A model generated the notes under the pieces. That model did not search any database. It was given only the letters and a program-made list of their open reading frames with translations, and was not told where the DNA came from. DNA of 64,000 nucleotides, taken from NCBI GenBank assembly GCA_009602725.1, contig WELB01000008.1:427300-491299 (forward strand), given 5' to 3'. Position 1 is the first letter of the stretch. Every line of letters begins with the position of its first letter. Of the stretch, positions 37,850-50,593 are shown in pieces. The position numbers and the translations under genes are program-made. This DNA is from Spirogloea muscicola (taxonomy: Eukaryota).

Positions 37850-39069
37850 TTAAAGCCCGACACTCGAGACCTGGAAAAGCGCGGGTGTGTTTTCCTGGAT
37901 GTAGCCAAAGCTGAACTTGGCCCCCGGCGCAAGTGGGAAGACGTAGCTTGGCAACATACACAGCGTGCCAGATTGTGTGATCCCCCACGACCCTGTGGGG
38001 CTGAAGCCAGTGCAGGTAATGCCGATCGACACAATCGGCTGCGCACCCAAGTTTGTGACTGTCACCTCGTAATTGGTGAAGGTGCCTCCATCGGAGGCGC
38101 CCCAGCTGCCAGAAGTAGTCGTCATAACGCTCACCTGGGCATTGCCTGTCTCACCGAGGCCCGCCGCTGCGCAGCACACAGCCAGAGGACGTCAGGCTCT
38201 GGCCTTCCAGCAGCACAGACGCCATGGCTCCATGGCCGCTTGGGTTAGCTTCGTCTTGGGGTTAGCTTAATGCGCTTACCAGGCGAGCCGGGGGCAGGCG
38301 GGGCGCCAGGGGGCACGGGGACGGGAGGCGGCGGCGACGGCGGCGGCGGCGCTGCACAGGGGAGCACCAGCAGCTTCTGCTGCTTCTTCGCCGTCTTGGG
38401 CTGCTCCTCCTCCTCCATGGCCGCCCTCGCCGCCACCACCTCCGCTGGGACGAGGACTCGGGGCTGCCTTGCCATCTCCTCTCGTGTCATCGGCCACCAT
38501 GGCACTTGCTCCTGTCCACCTGGCGACGCCGCTGCCGGCGGCTCTGCCAGGAGGCGCCGGTGGTGATGGCCGACGCCCGGCGGATGGTGGCCCACGCGGT
38601 GGCCCACGCCAGGCGGGTGGTGGCCGCCCTTCTTCGGCGGGCTGCGCAGCGACGGGCAGTGCGCCGGGTTCTTGCAGTTGTGCGGCTTCTTGCCGACTGC
38701 ACACGACGTTGCCACCACAAGCTTGTTGTTACGACGTTGGACGGCCTGTAACTGTTACTGTTACTGTTACTGTCACCGTAACAGATACTGCAAATTCTAA
38801 CGGCACCTGCAGGGAATCATTCAGCTGCTCAGCAGTTTGGTAGCACCAACTTGGGGATTGGCAAGGTGTGTAAGTCAGAGTTAGCAGCATTGCCATGGCA
38901 TGCTGAGCAGTTGGGCGAGTCATAGCGTCTCCATGGGACCATGATGGTCGCAAGGAGCGCACCAGGTGGAGTTCCGGAGGCTGATGATGGAGGTGGCAGC
39001 AGAGGAGGTGGAGAGGTCTGCAGTTCCCGTGGTGGCGGTGGTGGATGCGACTGAATTGGGGAAGGCGAA

Positions 39070-39100
<31 letters not shown>

Positions 39101-42100
39101 TGGACGGCGTCTGCGGAGGCGGTGATGGCGACGGCAAAGGCGGCGGAGGTGGTGGTGGGCGTGTGACAAGTGGAGCTGGTGGCGGGGGCGGTGGTGGCTG
39201 GAGCGTTGTCTTGATGGATGGCGAGCTCGGAGGCGGCGGCGGCTGTGACGTTCCAGCATTGGGCGGCGGCGGAGGTGGCGGAGGAGGCCGTGGCTGTGAA
39301 GGAGGCGGCGGCAGGAGCAGTGGAGCTGGTGACAGCTGTGTCAGCGGTGGCGGCGGCGGCGGGGAGGACGCAGAGAGGTCGGGTGGAGAAGGTGGGCCAC
39401 ACGGCGGGAATGGAGGTGGCGGGGAGAATGGCGGTGGTGACGGCGATGGAGGCGGAGGCGGAGGCGACGGTGGCGACGGCGGCGGAAGTGGACCAGATCC
39501 CGGCGGCGGCGAAGGCGGCGGCGACGGTGGCGGCGGCGGGGGGTTGGCAGGCTGTATCGTACTGGGCAGCGTGAAGTTGGCCGGCGACGACGGCACTGCG
39601 CCATCGTTGATCTTGGCCAGCGGGCCCACGATCACCGTGTTGAGGTACGTTGACGGCTCGCACTGCATGAAATTCTGGCGGCTCTGCACAAACCCGTCCT
39701 TAGCGTCTGGGCCCCCAATGATGGATCCGATAAGTACGTTCGGATTCGGGCCCTGCATGCAAAAAACGAGCACCATCAGAATCTGTCTTGATGGTCCCGA
39801 AACAGTGCACTTGACACCCACGCAGTGCAAATCTTTAGTATGTGTAGGTCACGATGGAGGTCTGCAAGCAGGTATAATTGTTTGCCTTGCTGTAGTAGAA
39901 ATTGTTGAAGCCGTTGTTGCAGGAGAACTCCTCAGGGTCCTGGAAGATGCTCACAGTTGAGGCACCGCGGTGGTGGACCATGGTGGGGTAGTTGGAACTG
40001 AATCCAACCATGTAGCTAAGCTTGAGCGGGTTGTTCCCAAGGACGTAATCCACCTGATGACAAACACACACACGCTTTATTCATCATGGATGGAGCAGTA
40101 GCCTTGAGCACCAGCATTCTGTCCGTCAAGGCACGTCTTGAATGATGCAGATGGAGAAGACGCACATAGAGAAGATGGTCACCTGCGTCTTCGCAAAAGC
40201 AAGAATTTGGCCCGGTGAAAAGCTTCGGGTACCACACGTCAGGCTTTGACCCGCAGCTGCCAGGTAGTCGGCATAGATTGTAATGAGCATTGTGGCTGAG
40301 CCGGCATACTGCAAGTTGCTCCACTCCCGAACATAGATCAGCCCCGCTGCAGCAGCCATTGTCAGAGACAAGTCAAGAGATGAAAATTTCCTCATGCATA
40401 TGAATGAGTCTAAGGCCGGCTCACAGCCGGCACACAATATGCCCTTGTCCATGGACAACTTCTCCTACTAGCAGGACTGAGCTGCACATAGTTACTACAA
40501 GCTACCCTTCTCTGCAGCGCAGCTCATGATGAACAGCTCAGTTGACTATAACAAAGTCTGTTCGAGGGTTACCAGGCGTGCGTTGAACTTGCTGCCCAGT
40601 TGTAGCAGCCTGCATGACTGCGCAGACAAAGTCCTCGGCACGCAACCTGTACGTAGCTAAAGTGCTTTGAAATGCTGGAGCAGCCTTGTTCTGCAGCAAT
40701 ATCTGCAGCCACCAGTCCAGGGCCGAATCTGGCCTTGTGAGATCATTAGATTGATTGACAGCCCCCTCCATAGTACCTAGCTGATCTGCGCCATATATTT
40801 GCTGCACAGTGATGAAGCTTTAGCTAACATCCTTGATGCTGCAGACGACCTTTGTGAGGAGGATCTGAGCACCGGCCATTTTGTCATCCCAAGAGAACTC
40901 CACTTTGCTCATTGTTGTACCACCAAAGCTGGCGGCATTGTCCATGCAGTACTGGAGGTACGTGTCCTTGCCGGTCGCCCACCACAGCCAAGCAGCGGCC
41001 CACAGTAGCTCATCCTGGTCAAAGGACAAGCTAACATTGAGCGTATGTATGCTGCAAGGCTGGCGCCCATGCTTGCACTTGACGTCAATCATGCCTTATC
41101 AATGAAAGTTTGTTTGACATCCTAGGAACAAGAGCGCAAGCATGCATACCTTATATCCTGAAAACGAATTGTAGAAGCCAGAGACGACACTGATGGACTG
41201 TGCATAGTCTCCGCGGAATGAATCACCGAAGGTGAAGAGCTGCTCCCAGCCAAAAGTCATTAGGACAATCAGTTTCGGCACCCCTGCAAGAGGTCCACGA
41301 ATCTCTGCTGCGTGATTGAAGATGGCCATTCTGCAGGATCAGTCTTATTCCGCCGCCGGCAAAAGCAAAAGGCAGAAGGCAAAAGGCAAAAGGCTAATTT
41401 CCAGCTAAGCAGTTTACCTGCTGAGCGTGGGCAGATAAGGTGCTTGCATACACTGGATCCGAAGACTGGAAAGCTATAGAGGCAGCGGCCATTGCTGCAG
41501 CTGTCTCCGCCGCAAGCTCTGTGCCAGCACTTGTTTGGTTGATCTGGTACGGAGTCCTGGGGGTCTTCATCTGCTCTGGTCGAGCCCAGCAGCTGTGATC
41601 GCTCTGTCCTTCACCAACCTGCACAAGTTGCAGCACTGGTGAGTAAGACTTACTTGACGCAGTTTACATGGCGTCAGGTATGGCGCGGCAGAGAGTCAGA
41701 TTCAAGATTTGGACTGTAGCGTGGTGAAAGGCGGGGGTGTACCTCCCCCCATAGTGTTGTGGGTGCTGAGTGGCACTTGAGGAAGTAGTCAGTGCCCCAC
41801 CTAATGGCATCGAGCGCATACTGTGCATGGAAGCTAGTAGTCAGGTATCACATTGTAGCTCTGTAGCGGCTGCAGTTATGGCCCTTGCATACAGAATTTG
41901 TCAGCTGAAAGGAGGTACCGTGCATTGATGAACAGACCTGGTCGACATCAATCAAATTCTAATGTGCAAACGACTATTTGCTGTTGCCATTGGGGGGCTG
42001 TCAAAATGCTCACGTCTAGTTGCCCTGCTTTTTGGAGCTGTTCTCTGTACTCGATGACATTGTAGGCAAGTGTCGTCATGGAGAAAGCCATGGGGAAGTT

Positions 42101-42843
42101 GAACTTGACATTGTCACCTGAGTCGTAGTAACCGCCGACGAGATCAAGCTTCACATTGGCGCACAGGTCCAACGAAAGCGTCAGCATTGGACTCCAAGTA
42201 GCCTCAAGAGGGCGGCGACAACAAGACAGACAAAAGCTCGCAAGCACAGGGCGGGCTTCGGGCTTTGGCAGCAGATCAAAGCTGGTCACTCAACACTCTT
42301 CCTGTGACGCTGTGATAAATCGATATACTAAGGAAGCTGCATATAACTGTTTGCATTGCTGGCAAAGCCTCAAGATGCAGACTTTGCTGGATCACCTCGA
42401 ACAACACCTAAACAAATTGTACAGGCCACTAGTCAGTGGCGCATACCATGCCCGGAGGAGCAAAGCCGTCGGTAAGCGCGCTGTCTCCTCGCCAGCCCAT
42501 GCGTTGTGGACGGGGCGAACTCGGGCCGGGAAGTGGGCCCGACCGTTGGGCCTCCAGGAAAAGTATGCTCTTCTGCAGGACGGTAACTCCGTAGTAATCT
42601 TAGCAACACCGGGTACTCGATTCCCTTGCCAGTCTAGCTCACATTACCAGTGACAGCGCAGAAAAGTCTAAAGCATTGCGTCAATGGTGCACCTTCACGG
42701 CACCAGCATCAAGGAGGTGGACTGTGGCTGGCCGGTCATACCTGCAGCGCGTCGGCATAGTCGAACTGAGCGCTAACTGAGTGCGCGGACGCGACCAGGA
42801 GCGCAAGCACGGCCCAACGCTGAGCTGACCCACTTGCCATCAT
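37850..42843 (-). CDS. Secreted GH9 endo-1,4-beta-glucanase with a long Pro/Ser-rich linker and C-terminal CBM49 (GH9C-like)
   Basis: Signal peptide, then [71 protein letters not shown] and GGPD..F..SR.NF...EPSTY. The final exon reads GSW...[10 protein letters not shown]...WGI...[16 protein letters not shown]. Confidence 0.9.
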
Positions 42844-43281
42844 TCCGCTCCTGCTATGGTGAATCTCAGTGGGCAAGTCAGCACGATGTAGTATCCCCAG
42901 CTGACGAGGAGGAACGCTTCCGCTTGTCGAGACGGCATGTGAGGTGTGATCTGACGAGAATGAAAAGTCGTTTAAGCAGAGGAGGGGATGCCGCACCCAC
43001 CTGCAGCAGCTCCACCGAGCTGCGCCTCCTAGGCACCACCGGTGGCGAAGGGACGTCTCGGCCAGCTCCACAGCGGCGCGCCCACGAGTGCCAGCAGCAG
43101 CTAGTGGGCAGCCGGCTGAGGCAGCCAGCCCTTGGCTAAGCCTGGCCGAGTCCGACACGGCCCTTCGCCGTTGTGCTGCCCCCTACGCTGCTGGGAGTTC
43201 GCCGCAAGACGCCAAAGAAGGAGAAAATGAAGTAGCTGCTGATATATTAGAGCAGGGAATCCTTGATTGGGCTGCAGGCTT

Positions 43282-43315
<34 letters not shown>

Positions 43316-43924
43316 CTCGCTGTGATCCTGCTCTGAGCTAGCTCCTGTCTTTGTCGCCCTGCTGTCCGATCCTCCACTAGACTGTCACCACTCCTGGGAG
43401 CTTGACATCTATCTACTGGCTGGGTGGCCGGGCCGGGCCGGGCCAGGGGGGGAGGAGGGGGGGAGCCCGGTCCGGGCGCCCCCACCTCCCTCCTCCCCCC
43501 CTCCTCGCCGCGCCGACCGTTGCGCGGGCGTGACCGTTCCGCCGGCGCGCGACGACCGGTGCCGGTCGCTAGCCCGCTTGGGCCGGTCCTTGAGGACCGT
43601 CGGCGGTCTGACCGGACCGGGGGGGGGGGGTTGGTGCGCTGTTGACCGGCGCCGTTGACCGCGGGTCGCGCTCCCGCCATCTATATTGAAACCGAAAAAT
43701 TGGAAATGATTGAAATCGTGGTACACAGTCGGTGCCGCCCCCGCCCCCATCCCGATTCTGCTCCAAGGTAACGATGGCCTGCCTCCGTTGCCGCGACGTT
43801 CCGTTAGCGCCCGCCGACGGTCGGACGCGCTAACGTGCTACTTAATGTGATGAGCTGTTGTGCTCGCTTATAGCCCAGCGGCAGCCTCCCCGGACCTTCA
43901 TCGTTTTGTGTATCCTGCGCTGTC

Positions 43925-44400
43925 CGGCGCTTTCAGACCTTGTACATTCCTTTGGGCTGGCCTCTCCCAGACATTGCCGTACGTTGGAAGAGCTGTCTCG
44001 GCTCATTCTTGGAGTCAGAATGCGCGAAGGCTCACAACCTGGTCTGGCCCTTCGGACTATGTTCATTCTTTCTTCTGGGCTGGCCACTCACAGCCATCGC
44101 CCTCGACTGGAAGCGTCTTCCTTTCTTGTAGGCTGGCTTTTCACAACAACTCGCACCCTTTTGGAGAGCCATTTCATTCAGACGAGCTGCTGCTTCTTCT
44201 TCTCTTTCTCCTGACCTTGACGTGCGGCTGCCCATGTGTGGATGCACAGCTCCGCAAAGACCAGAAGCGCGGCCAGATTGAATGGTGGCTGCGAAAGGCC
44301 AGCCCAAAGAAATGGACAAGGAGTGAAGCCGTTTGCAAGCCAGAGGGCTCGAGCAGGAGCAGCTACCGACGTTTCCATGCGGCTGTGAAAGCCAGCCGAG
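43925..44400. repeat. Cluster of hairpin-motif retroelement 3' tips, both orientations
   Basis: tttcagaccttgtacattcctttgggctggcctctccc (~43931), gggctggccactcacagccatcgccc (~44077) and ggctggcttttcac (~44131). Reverse copies lie at ~44287 and ~44381. Confidence 0.75.
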
Positions 44401-46042
44401 TGTATACAAAGAGAGTTCTGGAGTATCTCTGCGCACCCTTTGCGGAGCTGCAGACTGGATGCTCACTCAGCATCTCCTGTCAGCAGTCGTGAGTCAATTG
44501 ACCCGAAAGAAGGAAGTGCGATGCAGCTGCGCAGAGGCAGAGGTTGCTTCAAGTGCACAGAGGGCACGGCCTTGCAAAGCAAGCGTGTGGAATCTATGAT
44601 CCAACAAGGAGAGATGTGGTCTTTAGCATGACACCTGGAAGCATGGAGAGTATTTTTCAAGTGGGCTGTGAAGCACGTTGTACTTGATGCCACAGGCTGC
44701 TGATGGTGTGCCTGTTGTGTTACATTCTACTGCATCGTTGCAGCAATCTGATAGAGCACTAGTCAAGGATGAGGCTTGGCTCCAAGATTGTGAATGATAG
44801 GGTCGAGACAAGATAAGCTGCAAAGACTAGGTAAGTTGGTGCTTGAAACCAAGACACCTTACCCCCCTCCCGAAGGCTCCACAAGTCAGAAGTCTAAGGC
44901 GAACATGCAGCGAGTAAGTGCCATAAGGATGGGAGCAGAAATCTGTGGAGCAGCTTGCACGTGCATACGTGCAGAGCAAGGTAGTTTCTTGACCAGTCGA
45001 CTTTGACCAGAAGTTTTACAAAGAATTCCGGTACCTGCTCAAAGGTCAGCAGCTGGGAAAGCTGGATGCCCTGTCTCTCCAAAGGCCTCCTGAGTGCATT
45101 GTCAACGCAGAGCATTAAGGACTGCCTAGGGTGTTGGGAGAAATGCAGTAGTAGTCTGAGTGCCTAATGCTGCTATGCACCAACGCTTGCAGCATGGAGC
45201 CTAGGACCTGCTTCACCTGCTGCTACACAGACTAGTCACCAGAAGGTAAGCCAAGTATATCAGCCACGAAATTGCAAGAGAGCTGGTAGTCCTGCCAAGT
45301 CAGCTGCAGTTCTTCAGCTTTTCTGGTCCATCCAATTATAGTATTAAGGCTATACAAGTTCCTCAGCACAAAAAGCGAAGAGGTCTCAAGCAGACCTCAA
45401 TATTGGTGCTTGAGCTCTTGACATCAGACACAAATGAGAGGCTGCTGATATGATTAAGGTGCAAGACTATGTCTGGCAACTCGACAGTCTGGCTTGTAGG
45501 GCTTGATCAATCATATAATCGCCTCAAATGCTAGCTTCCCTCGAGTCATCTCTGATACATTGTCAAGGGTATGCCTTAAGACGTACAATCTGGGGTTGCA
45601 GATACCCGAGGCTACATAGTTTGCCGCATCGATCTATACTAGTGCCGTCCTTCCCCATGGCTCCTAACACCTTCCTGGCTGCGCCGCGTACAGTCATTGC
45701 CCCTTTCTGGAGGAGCGTTATTCAAACCCCCCGGTGAAGATTAACAATACATGCATGTCACATGCTGCTGGCTGTTGCTCATTACTCGATGCACACTCAG
45801 TAGCTTCAGCATGAGATGCAGCATGAAGAGCACCGCCGTACTGAAACAGAAAGGGCAATATGAATCGTTTGCATCCACCATGATAATGTGATGTCAGCGT
45901 CGTCTTGTATGTGTCACTTAATGCCATACTAATGAACATCCATCGCTGAGATCAATGAGATAGGATTGGACCGTAGCTAAAGAAGGCCTACAGAACACAG
46001 TGATTGTCCAGTGCTCTACCAAATGTTCATCTCGGTTTGAGA

Positions 46043-49000
46043 CTACAACTCTACAAGCTGACGGTACAGGTGAATGTAAGCCTGGGCAGACTTTGACCAA
46101 CTCCAGTCTTGCCTCATTGCCCTCGGGACCAACTCAGACTTCCACCAATCAGCTCCATCCTGGAAAGCCTGTATGGCCCTCTCAAGGGTCCTCACTAGAG
46201 CAGCACGGTCCTTGTCAACGAACGTGAACCCATTGAGCTCATGCTCAGGATGTGAGTGTTTATGGTGGGCAACGTCCTTGACGGTGTCTGCTAGCCCACC
46301 TGTCTCCCTCATAACAGGAATAGTCCCATACCTCAGGCTGATCATCTGCAGGCACTTCATTGTAATCAGAGATGCCCATCTCCTCCTGACCATAAGCACA
46401 TGCTAACATGGACGAGGCTTTGTTAAGACTTTAGGTCGCTCCGACGAGAGGGCAGACACAGATTTGGCTCCTGCATACTCTTGTGATGTGAGTCTGACCT
46501 GAGTGAGGCCACATGGTTAAAAAAAGGAAGGGATGACTATAATATCAGCTCCAGCGTACATCCTATGCGCCAGGGCCTCATCATAACGCAATATCAATTT
46601 CCCATCCGTGCCACCCGCATAGACTGCGGCCAAGGCTTCATATTCAGCCTGTAAAAAACATACAGAATCTATGACCTTACTCTCTGTGTACTCATTTCTC
46701 GCTCACAAAGTAATATCTAATGTATAGCATGGTCTTAAGACTAAATCTGGAGGATGCAAACTCCCCTACAAGAGCACAGCATCAGACGTACTTTAGTACT
46801 TTAAATTATCCCAAACCAGCTGGGCCAATTACGTTGTAGCAGGGTAATGTATCCAGGAAAGGAGTGCCACGAGTGCGGGCGTTGTGTGGGCGTTGACCTT
46901 GTGAAGGTGCTAATGGCTCGTAGCTGAAGCACTCTAAAGTGCTAAGTGCATGGATCAACACTTAACGTCCAAGCAATAATTGATGTCCACGTGACTTACT
47001 TGAGTTGCTGGATTGTCAACATGACTTACCTGAGTTGCTGGATCAGGAGCACTGCCTAGTAGCACAAAGATTGTTTTCGAAGACTTTGCCACGTCCATAG
47101 CAGCCAATATGAGGGGAAGCCCTTTCTGCTCCGTCAGCCTTGAGATTACACATAGAACAGGCCTTCGTGTGTATTCATCAACATCATGAGGAAGGCCCAA
47201 CTCTTGGAGCAACCTCCGCTTGCACTCCTCCTTCCCTGTCAGAGGTGTCAATGCATGACTCCGTCAAACGGTTGCCTTGTAAGGCACATGCACCACTTCA
47301 CTTCAACAGAAGTTGTTGCCACATAAGTGTCACCCAATCCATGAAGGAGATGTGCAAAGTGCATCGGCAGCAATAGCTAGGGCTGGCAGCACCTTCTAGC
47401 CAATCGGCTCCGTATCGGGCTGGTATGAGGTCGTCAGTCTCGGGGTTCCACGTCTCATAGTCAAGGCCATTCAAGATGCCACAAAAGTTGCCCCTGTGCT
47501 CCCAAATGACTCCTTCGAGGCCCAGGCCATACAGAGGCTGGAGGACCTCATTGGCATACGTCGGGGAGACAGTCGTGACCTTGTCTGCAAACACAATCCC
47601 ACCCTGCCAGTGGCTCACCAAGTGAAGGACATAAGGACTCGGATCAGCTGAAAACAAGAACAGTAATCAAGAGCTCGTACGGTAGGCATTGTGACATTGT
47701 GAAGGTGAAGAGGTCATTAAGCACGCAAGGCAGAAGGATTTGATGTGTATTTGTAGCATAGCTTCAAATGCAGGACATGAGACCCACATTAAGTATATCC
47801 AGGCCAAAGCATCAAGTAGACACAATTTGATTGTGATGGTAATCAGGCCCACCATCAGCAAGTTGATGTCGTGTTTGCCGGGGAAGAATCCTGGCCTGGA
47901 GTAGTCCACCATCTGAGTGAGTTGCGGGCTTCTCTCGGGACTGAGGCCAATGGTCTGCAGGCAGTCAGCGGACAGCACGCCTCGGTATGCGATGTTGTGG
48001 ATGGTGAACATCACCCGGGGCTTCCACAACCCCCTCTGTCTGTATTCCTCCTTGAGCAGCGGGGCGATGGCCGCTGTCTGCCAGCATTCAAGATAGCCAT
48101 AACCAATAATTCAGTGGTGTGGCCCAGACAGCAAGGCCAGAGAGAGCTACGATTAATTATATTACTTCCCTGAAGTAGTACCCTCTTTCTGTGAGATCTA
48201 TACTTGAAGCTTCCATATAGCAGCCACAGCAACAGAGGCAGCCATTGAGCAGACCTAGTTGACCTGCCAGTCATGGAGGTGGAGAACGTCCGGTTGCTTG
48301 CCGGACCAGAGCAGGAACTCAAGTGCAGCTCGACAGAAGAAGAGAAACCTGGCCCCGTCGTCCGCCTGGCCATAATAGTACCCTCGCCAGAAGAACGCAT
48401 TGCTGCTATGCGGCTCCACAAAGTAGACCGGAAGTCCGTCTACAAGGCCACTCCACACCAGCGTGGCAATGTCTGCTCCATCCACACCACATCAACCTGA
48501 CAGCCAACTCCCTCTTTCAGGCATCACGGCCGGTGTGGTTCTCGGAGGGACCTCAATGACTTGGCCTCCAATGCCACGCTTGAATAATCAACAATTTCAA
48601 TTTGTCATTGGGGAATATGATCTGAGAAAAACCTTACACAGCTGACGGAGCTCCTCTACGCACTTGTAGTCAATGCAGTCATACTTGGCACGTTGATAGA
48701 GATTATTATGCCCAAGTATCTGGGCATACGCACAGACAGTGACCTCTTAGATCCAAGCAGCTGCAACTTCCATTTGTCCAATCAAGCCAAAGCTAGCTAC
48801 ACCTTGGACAATGGGACTCGGAGCTGATGCCAGATGCCTGAGCAAATCGATTGACTTGCTTACTTGGTGAGCCTTGGAAAGTGAAGTGACGACATCAGCA
48901 AGGCCTCCAACTTTGGCAACTGGAGCCATCTCAGAGGTGACGTGCACAATATGCAGCCCAGGCCGTCGCAAGAAGCCTAGCCTGTGGGTGAAGACAGATG

Positions 49001-50593
49001 TGATCGAGACGTCGTCCCACCACCGCACCTGGTGCCTCATGATGCCCTTAAGGCATGAGCAGAAGTCAGTCCTTACCCTCCTAGATCACTAATGTCTGCC
49101 ACTGAATACACAAGTCTTCATGTGGCTAAAGGCAGCTGTGACCATGAATGAAGATCGTGGATCTCACCTGCTCAAAAACCCGCAGGATCGAGAAGTCGCC
49201 CTGCCAAGCCAGGGTGCGGAGGGCCTCTCCCTGATGTCTCGTCAGAAAGCCGTTGGCTGTGAGGGCCTCAACCCTCAGCAGCAGGGAGCTCGCAAGGTGC
49301 CGGGCCGGCGGCAGAGCCGTCACCAGGCCTTCCCCGGGAAAGAGCTCAACTGCAACTCCCCAGTTCCTGCCCTCATTGTTGTCCCACCGCTCCTCGCCGT
49401 CCTCCATCTGGCCCTTCAACACCAGCTGGACCTCGAGATGCGTGGCCGATGATAGCCTGGACGCTGGCAGCCTCGCGCAGCCGACCCACACCTACAAAAG
49501 CGAGCAAGTAAGACTTCAAAGCTGCTATAAGTAAGGCAGTCCACTCTGTGGGCAGTTGGCAATGGACTGCAGAGCTGGCTTCAGTGCAGAGCTGCAACTG
49601 TTGTGACCCCAGCTCAAGTCTTGCTACTAGGAAGGCTGCAGAAAGCAAGACCCCACAAGACTGAGCCAGCACAGACGTGGACACACCTCTGGATCTCCTG
49701 CAGCCTGCTGCAGCTCGATATCCCTAGTGTCCTGCCAGCCCGAGTGGCCCATGTGGAGCCACAGCCGCTTGGCTGGCTGCAGGATCCTCCCGTGGCTACT
49801 GTAGACACACGCCAGCTGCACCACAGGTGCTGATCTGCTGGTTGACACTTGAGACTGTCAATAAGTCTTCTGCTAGTCTCGCCTACAGAAATGTGGTCGT
49901 AATGTCTCTCTGCTTCAGCTCTTATTGAACATTGTGCAACAGTGCTTGAAGGTGGAACATCTCGACAATGTCGTGCCAGCTGTGCCAGCTGACAGTAGCT
50001 GCTATTGTGCAGTACACGTTAGAGCTATTTGTCAAATTAATTTATCAATGCCTCACCGAAATGTCTGGCTGCCTGAAAACGTATCAACAAAAGCCGTTTT
50101 TCTCACGCTTCTGACCTCATAGTGGGGCTGCTTGACACTGATGGACAGGGCTGGGTCTGTCTCCACCAGGACGTCGCCGTCCGCGCGCGACAGCAGCTGC
50201 CGGGCGCCCTGATCGCTGCCCTGGAAAGTGAAGGCAAGCTCCCGAAGGAGCAATCAGGGGCAGCTCCACTTCGCACCGACTTCGCCAGCTCCCTGTGCTT
50301 CCCAGCAGGCAATAGCATGGCGGAAATACTGCTGCCCTGACGAGCAGCCCCTTCTGATGCTGCAGAAGGCGAACCTCGTCGAAGGTGGTGCAATGGAGGG
50401 GCCTCTGAGCGGCGCGCAGAGCCGGCCTCGCTGCAGGCCCGCCTGCAGCCCACTTGCGCCGGCCGGGCTGCGGTGCCGCTCGGAGGACGCGGGCGCTGCT
50501 GCGAGAGCTGCTCGGTGAGGCCTCGGAGCGGGAGGGGCACCGGGAGGCCCAGCTGCCAGAGCTGCTGACCGTAGGCTGGCACGCCGCGGCCAT
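46043..50593 (-). pseudogene. Starch synthase (GT5, SS4-like) with N-terminal CBM-like module; apparently disabled
   Basis: Motifs EMAPVAKVGGLAD, PDVLHLHDWQ, FTIHN, VTTVSPTYA, ILNGLD, SRLTEQKG and RETGGLADTV are present. Lesions: inverted segment 48689-48711, a 1-nt frameshift near 48482, and TAA replacing the Glu of FEPCGL at 46517-46519. Confidence 0.8.
46984..47043. repeat. 30-bp tandem duplication spanning a splice donor
   Basis: tgtccacgtgacttacttgagttgctggat followed by tgtcaacatgacttacctgagttgctggat. Confidence 0.9.

Noticed and set aside
39100..39960. Gly-rich 286-aa plus-strand ORF
   Set aside because: It is the antisense shadow of the Pro-rich GH9 linker exon.
43420..43840. GC-rich GACCG-repeated segment as a possible MITE or structured RNA
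   Set aside because: No clear terminal inverted repeats, target-site duplication or second copy in the window.
44500..46000. Possible hidden gene between the GH9 and starch synthase loci
   Set aside because: Only short ORFs without recognisable motifs or a consistent exon chain.
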